Shown: positions 9,356-19,239 of the stretch, piece by piece
Layout: each line of letters starts with the position of its first letter
Numbering within the stretch: the first letter of the stretch is position 1
Source of the DNA: Paludibacteraceae bacterium
Lineage (GTDB): Bacteria; Bacteroidota; Bacteroidia; Bacteroidales; Paludibacteraceae
Length of the DNA stretch: 64,000 bases
Assembly (NCBI GenBank): GCA_024401565.1
Contig: JAKSKU010000008.1
Span: 7,034-71,033, forward strand
Direction of reading: 5' to 3'
Notes under the pieces: generated by a model
The model's input: the letters and a program-made list of their open reading frames with translations, nothing else
Database searches by the model: none
What the model was told of the DNA's origin: nothing
Made by a program: the position numbers and the translations under genes

Positions 9356-10207
9356 ATGAACCAAAAACGAATTTTGACTATACAAGATATTTCCTGCGTC
9401 GGACAATGTTCGCTGACAGTGGCTCTTCCTATCCTTTCCGCAATGGGAATAGAGACGGCAGTCCTGCCGTCTGCTGTGCTCTCCACTCATACCGGAGGCT
9501 TTACCGGTTACACTTTCCGTGACCTTACGGAGGATCTGCCTGCTATCAAAGAGCATTGGAAAAAACAGGGCATCAGATTCGGAGCCGTTTATACTGGCTA
9601 TGTCGGTTCAGCCAAACAGCTACAGTACATTCTAGACATATACAACGAGACAACAACACCTGACGCGAAACTCATCGTCGACCCTGTGATGGGCGACCAC
9701 GGCAAGCTATATGCCGGATTCGATTTGGATTTCGTGGAAAAGATGAAAGCGTTCTGTGCCAAAGCAGACGTCATTCTTCCCAACATAACAGAGTGCTCGT
9801 TCATGCTTGGTGAGGAATACCACACCACAGGCCACACAATGGAATATGTGGAGCACGTAATCAGCGGGTTACGCAAAATCGGAGCCAAAAACATCGTGAT
9901 GACGGGAGTAGAGATGATAGAAGGCGAACAAGGTGTGGCAGTCTACAATGCAGACACAGACAAGATAACTATCATTTCACGACCACGAATTCCGGGCACC
10001 TACCATAGCACAGGCGACATATTCTCCAGTACATTCAGCGGAGCCTACTTCCTTGGCAAAAGTCTAGAAGAATCGGCACAGATTGCCGTCGACTTCACAG
10101 TGGCATCCATCAAGACAACAGAAGGAGATAAAGAACATTGGTATGGAGTACGTTTCGAGAAAGCGTTGCCCGACCTAATAAAGATGATCCAACAAGTCCC
10201 AGAGTGA
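9356..10207 (+). CDS. pdxK: Pyridoxal/pyridoxamine kinase
   Basis: 283 aa. ILTIQDISCVGQCSLTVALPILSAMGIE..STHTGGF, IVDPVMGD and HSTGDIFSS are typical of PdxK/PdxY ribokinase-family kinases. Confidence 0.85.
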   Translation: MNQKRILTIQDISCVGQCSLTVALPILSAMGIETAVLPSAVLSTHTGGFTGYTFRDLTEDLPAIKEHWKKQGIRFGAVYTGYVGSAKQLQYILDIYNETTTPDAKLIVDPVMGDHGKLYAGFDLDFVEKMKAFCAKADVILPNITECSFMLGEEYHTTGHTMEYVEHVISGLRKIGAKNIVMTGVEMIEGEQGVAVYNADTDKITIISRPRIPGTYHSTGDIFSSTFSGAYFLGKSLEESAQIAVDFTVASIKTTEGDKEHWYGVRFEKALPDLIKMIQQVPE

Positions 10208-11538
10208 TGGATGTAGAAGTTTATTCACTGTCTGACGTACTTAACGCCGTCAACCGCACCATCCAAAGAAATTTGGCTGGGCCATACTGGCTGTATGCGG
10301 AAATAACAGAGTTGAGCTACCGCGGACACTGCTACCTGACATTAGCGGAGAACGATCCGTCGGGAAGAATAATCGCCAAATGCAGGGCCACGATCTGGAA
10401 AAGCACATTCGACATCCTTGCCGCTCAATTCTACCAACAGACAGGGCTGCAGCTTGCCCCAGGAATGAGGGTCCAGGTGTTGGCATCACCCAATTTCCAC
10501 GCAGAATTCGGATTCAGCCTCAACATCGTAGGCATTGAGCCCCGCTATACGCTTGGAGAAATCGCATTACGCAGAAAAGAGACAATCAACCGTCTTGCTC
10601 AGGAAGGCATCATCGAGAACAACAAGAACCGACGTCTTCCACTAATCCCACAAAAAATAGCAGTGATAAGTTCAGCCTCAGCGGCAGGCTATCAAGACTT
10701 CATCAACCAGCTCACCCATAATCCACTTGGATATAAATTCTACACCGCGCTCTACCCTGCCGTCATGCAAGGAGAGAAATCGCCACAAAGCGTCATCGAT
10801 GCACTACTGCATATCAAAAAAGACGTCGCTAATTTCGACGCCGTGGTCATCATCCGTGGAGGAGGAAGCGAAATGGATTTGAAAGCGTTCGACGACTATG
10901 CTGTGGCAAGAGAAGTCGCATTGTTTCCGCTGCCCGTACTGACAGGCATTGGCCACACAAAAGACACCAGCGTGGTTGACATAGTGGCAAACATGGAGCT
11001 GAAGACACCGACAGCAGTGGCCGACTTTCTTGTCCACGCTATCGACACAGCCTGGAAAAACGTGGAAGATTGTTCGCAGAGACTATTCTCTTATGCCGCA
11101 TACTCGCTCGACAGAGAGAGAAAATCACTGACACAAATGACAGAATACCTGTCGGCGAAGGCAAAGACGGCCACCGATATGGAGATTCAAAAAGTTGATT
11201 CCAACACCTACCGTCTGCAAATATCCGCAAAAAGATTGACAGCGGACGCATTAAGAAACCTCGCGTCGAAACAAGAGTCGATTTCAAGAACCGTCAGGTT
11301 CACGATAAGCAAAAAAACATCAGAATTCGACCTGATTGAGCAGAAAATCAAAAGTATTTCGCCAGAAGAAGCCTTCAAAAGAGGATATTCATTAACTTTG
11401 AAGGACGGCAAACCGATTTCAGCCTCAACACTGAAAAAAGGTGACAAGATCGAGACTATATGCGCTGACGGCAGAATAGAGAGCACCGTCGATGAAATTT
11501 ACGGGAATAAACAAGAACGTAAAATTTCCGTAAAATAG
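10207..11538 (+). CDS. xseA: Exodeoxyribonuclease VII large subunit
   Basis: ATG at 10207 overlaps the pdxK TGA (TGATG). The N-terminal OB-fold region is SLSDVLNAVNRTIQ..YWLYAEITELSYR..GHCYLTL. The catalytic region contains VIIRGGGSEMDL and GIGHTKDTSVVD. Confidence 0.92.
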   Translation: MDVEVYSLSDVLNAVNRTIQRNLAGPYWLYAEITELSYRGHCYLTLAENDPSGRIIAKCRATIWKSTFDILAAQFYQQTGLQLAPGMRVQVLASPNFHAEFGFSLNIVGIEPRYTLGEIALRRKETINRLAQEGIIENNKNRRLPLIPQKIAVISSASAAGYQDFINQLTHNPLGYKFYTALYPAVMQGEKSPQSVIDALLHIKKDVANFDAVVIIRGGGSEMDLKAFDDYAVAREVALFPLPVLTGIGHTKDTSVVDIVANMELKTPTAVADFLVHAIDTAWKNVEDCSQRLFSYAAYSLDRERKSLTQMTEYLSAKAKTATDMEIQKVDSNTYRLQISAKRLTADALRNLASKQESISRTVRFTISKKTSEFDLIEQKIKSISPEEAFKRGYSLTLKDGKPISASTLKKGDKIETICADGRIESTVDEIYGNKQERKISVK

Positions 11539-11613
11539 TTCGTAAAATTTATAGGATATTATATAGCCAACTTATATTACTAGCTCCTTGCTATATTTTA
11601 TGATAATTTTACG
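11516..11613 (+). repeat. CGTAAAAT-armed intercistronic element, copy 1
   Basis: The left arm AACGTAAAATTTCCGTAAAATAGTTCGTAAAATTT (11516-11550) is 31/35 identical to the reverse complement of 21349-21383. The right arm GATAATTTTACG (11602-11613) is identical to the reverse complement of 21318-21329. Confidence 0.7.
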
Positions 11614-11630
11614 TTTTTAAGAAATTGACT

Positions 11631-11834
11631 ATGAAAGAAAAACTAACATATACTGAAGCCTACGAAGAATTGACATCTATCGTAGCAGCCGCAGAAAACG
11701 ACGAAATCAGCATCGACGAGCTTCAGACTAAAGTCAAAAGAGCGTCGGAACTGATATCTTTTTGCAGAAACTATGTGAAGACTACTAATGAGCATATCGA
11801 AAAAGTGTTTAATGAACTTAATTCGAAAGAGTGA
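11631..11834 (+). CDS. xseB: Exodeoxyribonuclease VII small subunit
   Basis: ATG at 11631 (the track start at 11625 is a TTG). LTYTEAYEELTSIV..ISIDELQTKVKRASELISFCR is typical XseB. Confidence 0.9.
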   Translation: MKEKLTYTEAYEELTSIVAAAENDEISIDELQTKVKRASELISFCRNYVKTTNEHIEKVFNELNSKE

Positions 11835-11835
11835 T

Positions 11836-12618
11836 ATGAGAGCAAAATATTTTTTGATAGCATTGTCGTGTGTGGCAACCGTTGCGATGGCTGAACCACA
11901 AAACAAGACCGACAAAAAAGGCAAGAAGCAGGGAGAATGGGGTAAATTCTACCCAAATGGCAATCCCAAGTATATCGGCAACTTTAAAGATGACGTGCCT
12001 GTAGGAGAATTCCAGCACTTCTACGAGAACGGAAGGCCACAGTGTGTGCAGACTTATTCAGACGCGACACATAGCAAAGCCGTTTTCTACGAATCTGATG
12101 GAGTTACCGTCTCTCACCAAGGAGCATATATAGGCAAAGAGAAAGACGGCAAATGGGAGTATTTCAGCAAAGGAAAACTAACATTGGAGGAGAACTACAA
12201 GAACGGAAAGAAACACGGTCTGCAAAAATCATATTCCAAAGAACAAGTGTTGATCGAAGAAATTCCGTATGTAGACGGAGTGATCCACGGCACACGCAAG
12301 AACTATCTTGGCGACGGCAAGCTATACTATACTGTGGAATACGTCAAAGGCAAGATGCACGGCAAATATGAGGCATATGACGGCACAGATAAAATCGTAG
12401 AGACCGGTTCTTACAAAAACGATAAGAAAGAGGGTGAATGGAAAACCTACAACGACAAAGGAGAAGTTGCAGAGACCTTGATTTTCGAAAACGGCAAAAT
12501 GAAAAACGCCAAAGAGATCGACAAAAAACGTGGAGCAGCTTACCTTGAGAAAGAAAAAATGAAAGGTAAGATTCAGGAGCCAAATGCAGGTTCAGACGCA
12601 GAGGTAAAGACTCACTAA
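11836..12618 (+). CDS. Secreted MORN-repeat protein (YwqK-like)
   Basis: ATG at 11836, one nt after the xseB stop. Signal peptide MRAKYFLIALSCVATVAMA. It carries repeated G-x-W-x-x-Y/F..NG modules (KQGEWGKFYPNG, KDGKWEYFSKG, KEGEWKTYNDKG). Confidence 0.75.
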   Translation: MRAKYFLIALSCVATVAMAEPQNKTDKKGKKQGEWGKFYPNGNPKYIGNFKDDVPVGEFQHFYENGRPQCVQTYSDATHSKAVFYESDGVTVSHQGAYIGKEKDGKWEYFSKGKLTLEENYKNGKKHGLQKSYSKEQVLIEEIPYVDGVIHGTRKNYLGDGKLYYTVEYVKGKMHGKYEAYDGTDKIVETGSYKNDKKEGEWKTYNDKGEVAETLIFENGKMKNAKEIDKKRGAAYLEKEKMKGKIQEPNAGSDAEVKTH

Positions 12619-12644
12619 ATCGGTTTGCGGTTGATGAAAGACAA

Positions 12645-12678
12645 AAGAAGACGCAGGAAAAGAATTCCGCGTCTTCTT
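12645..12678. terminator. Hairpin terminator between convergent genes
   Basis: Perfect 10-bp stem AAGAAGACGC/GCGTCTTCTT followed by TATATTTT. Confidence 0.7.
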
Positions 12679-12687
12679 TATATTTTA

Positions 12688-12771
12688 GGAGATTATATAG
12701 CAGTTGTCAAAAATAGGGATTGCAAAGGACGGAACATCCTTACCCCTTCTCCAACACGTATATAAATCCCT
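12688..12771 (+). mobile_element. MITE-like element, short copy (84 bp)
   Basis: It starts GGAGATTATATAGCAGTTGTCAAAA and ends ..CCAACACGTATATAAATCCC, an inverted match of the ends. It is flanked by the direct repeat TATTTTA (12681-12687 and 12772-12778). Confidence 0.55.
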
Positions 12772-12802
12772 TATTTTATTAAGAATCAATCGAAATCGCA
12801 GA

Positions 12803-13366
12803 TTACAACTTTGAGATCATATCCTCAATGACTGAAGGGAAATACTTATACTCAAGCTCATGAACCTTGTGAGCCACCTCATCCGGAGAATCAGTAGGAA
12901 GCACAGGGACAGTAGCCTGGAACACCACACTACCCTCATCGTAATGATCATCAATAGTATGTATTGTGATGCCCGACTCCTTCTCACCAGCAGCGACAAC
13001 AGCCTCGTGGACCTTCATTCCATACATGCCTCTACCACCGTATTTAGGAAGCAAAGAAGGATGTATGTTGACAATCTTATCAGGGAAAACAGCCAGCATA
13101 TCATCAGGAATCTTTAGTAGGAAACCAGCCAACACAACAAAATCCGTTTTCTCAGCAACCAACTTACTCAAAAAAGAGCCATTTTCCAGTTCGCTTTTTA
13201 GGAAAGTATCAAAAGGCACACCCAAACGTTTTGCTCTTTCCAAAACAAAAGCATCTTTCTTATTTGAATATATCTTAAAAGAAATACCCTCTTTACCCTT
13301 GAAATAGTTTACTATATTTTCTGCATTCGAGCCAGAGCCCGAAGCCAAAATTGCTATATTTTTCAT
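12803..13366 (-). CDS. purN: Phosphoribosylglycinamide formyltransferase
   Basis: MKNIAILASGSGSNAENI, and NIHPSLLPKYGG..G..VHEAV. Confidence 0.93.
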   Translation of the reverse strand: MKNIAILASGSGSNAENIVNYFKGKEGISFKIYSNKKDAFVLERAKRLGVPFDTFLKSELENGSFLSKLVAEKTDFVVLAGFLLKIPDDMLAVFPDKIVNIHPSLLPKYGGRGMYGMKVHEAVVAAGEKESGITIHTIDDHYDEGSVVFQATVPVLPTDSPDEVAHKVHELEYKYFPSVIEDMISKL

Positions 13367-13516
13367 CTATATTAAATATGTTCAATGCAAAAATAACACT
13401 TTTTTACGTCTAAATTCAAAAAAACATGGTGGAAAACATCTAAAAGTCACTATTTTTTTATTCCTTTGCATCAGAAAAAAAAGAATAATTTTAATATTAA
13501 CTAAATTTTTAAGGTT

Positions 13517-13759
13517 ATGTCAACAGCTGAAGTTGAAGAAAAAGTAAAGGCTATCATCGTTGAGAAGTTGGGAGTTGAGGAGTCTGAGGTAACTCTTGAG
13601 GCTAGCTTCACTAACGACCTAGGTGCTGATTCTCTTGACACTGTAGAGTTGATCATGGAGTTTGAGAAGGCATTCGGTACTGAGATCCCTGAGGATAAGG
13701 CAGAGGCAATCACTACTGTAGGTGAGGCTATCGAATTCTTGACAGCTAACGCAAAGTAA
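13517..13759 (+). CDS. acpP: Acyl carrier protein
   Basis: 80 aa with the phosphopantetheine site [17 protein letters not shown]. Confidence 0.95.
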   Translation: MSTAEVEEKVKAIIVEKLGVEESEVTLEASFTNDLGADSLDTVELIMEFEKAFGTEIPEDKAEAITTVGEAIEFLTANAK

Positions 13760-13782
13760 GAAAAAAACATCTCTAAGAACAA

Positions 13783-15045
13783 ATGAGTTTTAAGAGAGTT
13801 GTCGTAACGGGTCTAGGATCAATCACGCCAATAGGCAACACCGTCGCAGAAATGTGGCAGAATTTGCTTGCTGGGGTGAGTGGTGCTGGGCCCATTTCTC
13901 ATTTTGACCACTCTAAGCATAAAGTTCATTTCGCCTGTGAGGTAAAGAATTTCAATCCTGCGGACCATTTTGAGAAGAAGGAGATTCGCAAGCTCGACCC
14001 ATCAGTGCAATTTGCAAGGGTAGCCGCACGTGAATGTTTGGCTGATTCAGGAATAGATTTTGATTCAGTCGACAAAAGCAACATTGGTGTGATAATCGCA
14101 TCAGGTATCGGAGGTCTTGCGGCTTTCGAAGATGAAGTTGGCTATTATTATGCAAGCGAAGACCGCATTCCAAAATTCAACCCGTATTTCATCCCTAAGG
14201 TTCTTGGAAACATAGCTTCAGGCCATGTGTCAATAGAATTTGGTTTGAAAGGTCCAAATTTCGGAGTAGTGTCGGCATGTGCATCCAGTGCGAACGCAAT
14301 CGGAACAGCCTATGATATGATTCGTATCGGCAGAGCCAACGCAATGGTGGTAGGAGGTACAGAAGCCGCCATCACACCTGGATCAATCGGAGGATTTAGC
14401 GTAATGCGTGCACTATCAACCAACAACAACGAACCAGAAACAGCGTCCAGACCATTCAGTGGCTCACGCGATGGTTTTGTCATGGGAGAAGGAGCAGGTT
14501 GTCTGTTGCTTGAGGAATTAGAACACGCAGTCAAACGTGGTGCTAAAATCTACGCAGAGCTAGTAGGTTACGCCGCTTCTTCAGACGCATACCACATTAC
14601 AGCCACGCACCCTGACGGAGACGGAGCATATATGGTTATGCTAAACGCTTTGAACGACGCAGGACTTAAGCCAACCGACGTGGATTATATCAATGCACAC
14701 GGCACATCAACACCTATCGGTGACCTTTCAGAAATAAAAGCCATCAGAAAAGTGTTTGGCGAGCATGCTTTTAATCTGAATATTAGCTCTACAAAATCAA
14801 TGACGGGCCATTTGCTTGGAGCTGCAGGTGCTTTGGAATCGGTAATCTCCATCAAATCTATGGAAAATAATATTGTTCCGCCGACTATTCATCATCGTGA
14901 AGATGATATCGACCTTAACATCGACTACAGAATGAATTTCACATTCAACACTCCACAAAAAAGGAAAATCGATGTGGTGATGTCTAACTCGTTCGGATTC
15001 GGTGGACAGAATGCTTGTTTAGTGTTTAAAAGATATGCAGAATAA
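13783..15045 (+). CDS. fabF: Beta-ketoacyl-ACP synthase II
   Basis: Active-site ACASSANAIG, NAHGTSTPIGD, and GHLLGAAG..FGFGGQN. Confidence 0.95.
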   Translation: MSFKRVVVTGLGSITPIGNTVAEMWQNLLAGVSGAGPISHFDHSKHKVHFACEVKNFNPADHFEKKEIRKLDPSVQFARVAARECLADSGIDFDSVDKSNIGVIIASGIGGLAAFEDEVGYYYASEDRIPKFNPYFIPKVLGNIASGHVSIEFGLKGPNFGVVSACASSANAIGTAYDMIRIGRANAMVVGGTEAAITPGSIGGFSVMRALSTNNNEPETASRPFSGSRDGFVMGEGAGCLLLEELEHAVKRGAKIYAELVGYAASSDAYHITATHPDGDGAYMVMLNALNDAGLKPTDVDYINAHGTSTPIGDLSEIKAIRKVFGEHAFNLNISSTKSMTGHLLGAAGALESVISIKSMENNIVPPTIHHREDDIDLNIDYRMNFTFNTPQKRKIDVVMSNSFGFGGQNACLVFKRYAE

Positions 15046-15868
15046 TATGTTGCAAAGGTTCATAAGCAAATTCCTTCCTGCAATTGAAATTGAAGATTTT
15101 CAACCAGAACCTAAGTTTGAAACAAATCAAAAGCAAAATCTAGAACAAGAAGAAAAGGAGCAGAGTCCGGAGTCTGCCGAATTGGTGGCAATGCTGGGAT
15201 TCAAGCCAACCAATATAAGCCATTACCAGCTGGCACTGCGTCATAAACTAGCGTCTCACGGGAAAGGCAACAACGAAAGACTGGAGTTCTTAGGAGATGC
15301 TGTGTTAAGTTCTGTGGTGGCCGACTTCCTTTACAACAACTATAAGATGCGCGACGAAGGTTATCTTACCAATCTGCGCTCAAAAATAGTAAAGAGAGAG
15401 ACGCTTAACCTCGTTGCTAAAGAGATCGGTTTGGACAAATTGGTAAAACTGCCGATCCATACCACTTCACACAACCTTAATGTGTATGGCAACGCATTCG
15501 AGGCATTGATCGGAGCAATATACCTTGACAAAGGCTACGAGCAGTGTAAAAAATTCGTCTACGACGTTATTTTCGCAAAATACATTAGTGTCAAAAAACT
15601 TGAGAAGGAGACTGAGAATTTCAAAAGTCAGCTGCTTGAGTGGTCGCAAAAGAGGAAAATTCAAGTTGACTTCGATATTATAGACGATGTCGTAGACGCA
15701 GACAACAACCATATATTCAAATGTGTTGTCAAAGTGAACGGCAATGTTGTAGCCAATGGTAACGGATATTCAAAGAAAGAGTCACAGCAAAAGGCAGCAA
15801 AATCCGCTATCAATTTCGTGAAAAAGCATTACGAAAACCCCAAGAAAAGTACGTTTAGTGCAGAATAA
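15035..15868 (+). CDS. rnc: Ribonuclease III (with ~60-aa N-terminal extension)
   Basis: NERLEFLGDAVL signature, FEALIGAIYLD, and a C-terminal dsRBD (QLLEWSQKRK..GYSKKESQQKAAKSA). The start is uncertain: 15035, or 15047 just after the fabF stop. Confidence 0.9.
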   Translation: MQNNMLQRFISKFLPAIEIEDFQPEPKFETNQKQNLEQEEKEQSPESAELVAMLGFKPTNISHYQLALRHKLASHGKGNNERLEFLGDAVLSSVVADFLYNNYKMRDEGYLTNLRSKIVKRETLNLVAKEIGLDKLVKLPIHTTSHNLNVYGNAFEALIGAIYLDKGYEQCKKFVYDVIFAKYISVKKLEKETENFKSQLLEWSQKRKIQVDFDIIDDVVDADNNHIFKCVVKVNGNVVANGNGYSKKESQQKAAKSAINFVKKHYENPKKSTFSAE

Positions 15869-15967
15869 CAGCGAAAATTACGCTATCGTTTCTACTTTAA
15901 TTATTCATAATTTGCCTATTAACATTTTTTAAGATATTTTTGCGTCGGATTAAAAAAAATAGAAAGC

Positions 15968-17773
15968 ATGAATTCATATCATACAGGAAGACTTGCTTTT
16001 AATAACGCAAAAAGATTCGGAGACAAAGTAGCATTCAAATACCGCGACGACGACGAAGGCGTTTGGAAACCACTATCGTGGAATCAAATTGCAGCAAGCG
16101 TAAAAAGAGCTGCAAAAGCATTTCTTTCTATCGGATTAAAAGAACAAGACAAAGTGGCTATCTACTCACAGAACAGCCACGAAACAATCATAGTAGACTT
16201 AGCCCTTCAAGCAATAAAAGCTGTTGCTGTGCCTTTGTACGCAACATCTTCTTCCGAACAGGTAAAATACATTGTCAACGATGCCAACTGTTCGATAATA
16301 TTCGTAGGTGAGCAATACCAATACGACGAGACCGTAAAAGTGCTTCACCAAACAGATGTGTTGAAGAGAGTAATCACCGTCGATCCAAAGATCAATCTGA
16401 ACGGCATCGACACATCCATGAGTTTTGATGACTTCATGAAGTATGGAGACGGTAACGAGCAAGACGCTGAACTAGCAAGACGTCAGGATAATTTAAGTCA
16501 GGATGACCTTGCCACTCTTATCTACACTTCCGGCACAACAGGTGAGCCAAAGGGAGTGATGATAATGCAATACAACTACACTCACCAGATGAGAATCCAC
16601 GAGATGGTGATGCCATGCTGTGATGAGACAAGAACGTCTATGATGTTCCTTCCTGCAAGCCACATTTTCGAGCGTGCTTGGGATTATTTCTGTATGTACA
16701 GAGGTGCCATGATCTTCGTCAACAAGAATCCTAAGATCATCACACAGACAATCAAGGAGACTCATCCTAACATGATGTGCGCGGTTCCTCGTTTCTGGGA
16801 GAAGGTTTACGCTGGAGTCCACGAGACAATCGACAAGATGCCAAGTCCGTTAAGATCTTTGATGCACCACGCAATAGAAGTTGGAAAGAAGAGAAATCTC
16901 GACTATGTAAGAAACAGCAAACCAGTGCCATTCTTCACAGAGTTGCAATATAAATTCTTCAAGAAGACTTTGTTCAACATGGTCAAGAAGAAGATAGGAT
17001 TCGACAAGTCGATGTATTTCCCATGCGCAGGATCACAGCTTTCTGAGACCGTCTGCGAGTTTCTTATGAGTCTTGGATTTGATATCGTAGTGGGCTATGG
17101 TCTAACAGAGAGTACAGCTACAGTATCTTGTTTCCATCCATCAAACACATACCACGATCTTAAGTCGGTTGGTGAGATCATGCCAGAGTGTGAGGTGAAG
17201 ATTGGAGAGAACGACGAGATTCTTCTAAAGGGTAATCTTATCACTCCAGGCTACTACAACAAGCCAGAGATCAACGCACAAACATTCACAGACGGATGGT
17301 TCCATACTGGCGACGCCGGCAAGTTTGAGAACGGTATGCTTTACATCACAGAGCGTATCAAAGATTTGTTTAAGACTTCCAACGGAAAATATATCGCACC
17401 ACAGCAGATTGAGAATCTGTTGGTGACAGACAAGTATATCGACCAGGTGGCAGTGATTGGAGACCTTCGTAAGTTCGTCACAGCTCTAATCGTTCCAGAC
17501 TACGCCACAGTGAAGGAGTACGCAGAGCAGATGAAGATCGAATACAAGGATATGGAGGAGTTGTTGAATCATCCAAAGATCACATCGTTGATTGAAGGCA
17601 GAATCAACAATCTACAGCAAGGTTTGGCTAAATACGAGCAGGTGAAGCGATTCAAGCTATTGGCTAAACCATTCACGTCGGACAACGGCGAGTTGACTCT
17701 TACATTGAAACTAAAGCGTAAGACAATCAACGAGCACTACAGCAAAGAAATCGAGTACATGTACTCATACTAA
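15968..17773 (+). CDS. fadD: Long-chain fatty-acid--CoA ligase (AMP-forming)
   Basis: AMP-binding motif LIYTSGTTGEPKGVM, GYGLTES, GWFHTGD, and KLKRK near the C-terminus. Confidence 0.88.
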   Translation: MNSYHTGRLAFNNAKRFGDKVAFKYRDDDEGVWKPLSWNQIAASVKRAAKAFLSIGLKEQDKVAIYSQNSHETIIVDLALQAIKAVAVPLYATSSSEQVKYIVNDANCSIIFVGEQYQYDETVKVLHQTDVLKRVITVDPKINLNGIDTSMSFDDFMKYGDGNEQDAELARRQDNLSQDDLATLIYTSGTTGEPKGVMIMQYNYTHQMRIHEMVMPCCDETRTSMMFLPASHIFERAWDYFCMYRGAMIFVNKNPKIITQTIKETHPNMMCAVPRFWEKVYAGVHETIDKMPSPLRSLMHHAIEVGKKRNLDYVRNSKPVPFFTELQYKFFKKTLFNMVKKKIGFDKSMYFPCAGSQLSETVCEFLMSLGFDIVVGYGLTESTATVSCFHPSNTYHDLKSVGEIMPECEVKIGENDEILLKGNLITPGYYNKPEINAQTFTDGWFHTGDAGKFENGMLYITERIKDLFKTSNGKYIAPQQIENLLVTDKYIDQVAVIGDLRKFVTALIVPDYATVKEYAEQMKIEYKDMEELLNHPKITSLIEGRINNLQQGLAKYEQVKRFKLLAKPFTSDNGELTLTLKLKRKTINEHYSKEIEYMYSY

Positions 17774-17807
17774 TCAGTTAATAATTAATAGTTAATGATT
17801 AATAATT

Positions 17808-17835
17808 AAGGAGATGCTTACGCATCTCCTTTTTT
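17808..17835 (+). terminator. Rho-independent terminator after fadD
   Basis: AAGGAGATGC-TTAC-GCATCTCCTT stem-loop followed by TTTTT. Confidence 0.8.
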
Positions 17836-17871
17836 GGGGCTATCATGTCGAACATAAAAAATCTAAGTTCA

Positions 17872-19209
17872 TCACCATTCCACCGTCTTCAAATACCTCT
17901 TCATCAAGAATGAGCAGAAATATGGGAATGTGAAGATATTATTCTCAAAACCTATATTATTCTTACTCAATTTAATTCCGTATCTGATATCAGGATAACG
18001 GTTGCTATCTATCAGGGTTCGTAAAGACTTAGATCGTCCACTCACAGCCTTGACTTCCACTGGCACCAATGATTTCTTAGTTCTAACAAAGAAATCTTCT
18101 TCAAGAGTAGAGTCTTCACGTTTATAATAGTATAGAGAATACCCTTGCTTGACCAATGATTCTGCAATAATGTTTTCGTACAAAGCTCCTTTATATACAC
18201 CCAAATTGTCATTTACACGCAGATCTTCTTGCGACTCGTCGTCAAGGCTTGCTATCAACAATCCAGTATCTCCAAAATATAATTTATACTTATCGTCTTC
18301 ATAATTGCCCTTCAACGGAAGTTCTGGAAATGAAAGGCAATAACAAACGTTTACGATTCCGGAATCAGCCAACCACTCAATACATCCACGATAATCCTTA
18401 AACCTTGCACCACTCGCCACCTTTGAAATCTGAAATTTCTTATTCTCTTTTGCCAGCTGAACAGGGATATGCGAATAGACATTTAAGATTCTAGTCTGAT
18501 CCAATCCTTCCGCATATTTTCTTACGTCTTCTTCATAATCATGGATAAGCTGACGTTGCATTTTCAGACATCTTTCAAAGGTTTTTTCTTGGACATAAGA
18601 CGCCACTATTCTTGGCATTCCTCCCAAAATACAGAAATCCAAAAACAACTTATGATACACGCTCATCTCCAAATCATTAAAAGGGGTAAGCGATTCCATG
18701 TGTCTCAACAAATCAGAAACTTGCTCATCTGTATATCCATTTGCCCACAAGAACTCTTCAAAGTCAAGAGAATGCATAACATAGTCTTCTTTATACCCTA
18801 CGCTATTGCTTTCTATTCTATTATAATTGATTCCAAGCATAGATCCACTACAAATCACATCGTACTGTCCGTCTATCTTAAAGAATTTCAACGATGTGGC
18901 TATTTCTGGAAATTCTTGCATCTCATCAAAAATGATTAGCGTCTCATTTTTGACAAATCTGAATTTAGCATTTAGTTTTGAAATGTTCTTTACTATATCT
19001 TCTGCCGAATATCCATCTGCAATTATTTTCTTATACTTTTCATCCGTAACAAAGTTAATATACACCACATATTTATAGTTTTTATTTGCAAAATTCAGTA
19101 TTGATTCAGTCTTTCCAATCTGTCTTGCACCTTTGATTATAAGAGGCATTTTATCCGACTCATTCGCCCAACTTTTTAAATAATCGTCGATTTTTCTCCT
19201 TAAATACAT
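17872..19209 (-). CDS. AAA+ ATPase with DUF4143-type C-terminal domain
   Basis: 445 aa. P-loop-like IIKGARQIGKTE and Walker B-like LIIFDEMQ. Overall it resembles the abundant Bacteroidales ATP-binding protein (AAA_14 + DUF4143) family. By eye it is visibly more AT-rich than its neighbours. Confidence 0.8.
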   Translation of the reverse strand: MYLRRKIDDYLKSWANESDKMPLIIKGARQIGKTESILNFANKNYKYVVYINFVTDEKYKKIIADGYSAEDIVKNISKLNAKFRFVKNETLIIFDEMQEFPEIATSLKFFKIDGQYDVICSGSMLGINYNRIESNSVGYKEDYVMHSLDFEEFLWANGYTDEQVSDLLRHMESLTPFNDLEMSVYHKLFLDFCILGGMPRIVASYVQEKTFERCLKMQRQLIHDYEEDVRKYAEGLDQTRILNVYSHIPVQLAKENKKFQISKVASGARFKDYRGCIEWLADSGIVNVCYCLSFPELPLKGNYEDDKYKLYFGDTGLLIASLDDESQEDLRVNDNLGVYKGALYENIIAESLVKQGYSLYYYKREDSTLEEDFFVRTKKSLVPVEVKAVSGRSKSLRTLIDSNRYPDIRYGIKLSKNNIGFENNIFTFPYFCSFLMKRYLKTVEW

Positions 19210-19231
19210 AAATATCAGTTTTTAGCACGCA

Positions 19232-19239
19232 CAAAATTA
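19232..19239 (-). promoter_or_regulatory. Candidate Bacteroides-type -7 promoter box for the ATPase gene
   Basis: The minus strand reads TAATTTTG (TAnnTTTG consensus), 23 nt upstream of the ATG at 19209. Confidence 0.35.

Noticed and set aside
10138-10206. N-terminal extension of xseA overlapping pdxK
   Set aside because: The ATG at 10207 overlaps the pdxK stop (TGATG) and begins the conserved XseA N-terminus. The extension lies inside pdxK coding sequence.
17774-17807. TTAATAATTAATAGTTAATGATTAATAATTAA stretch after fadD
   Set aside because: It is a low-complexity AT-rich sequence with stops in all frames. It has no partner elsewhere in the window and cannot be distinguished from ordinary 3' spacer.
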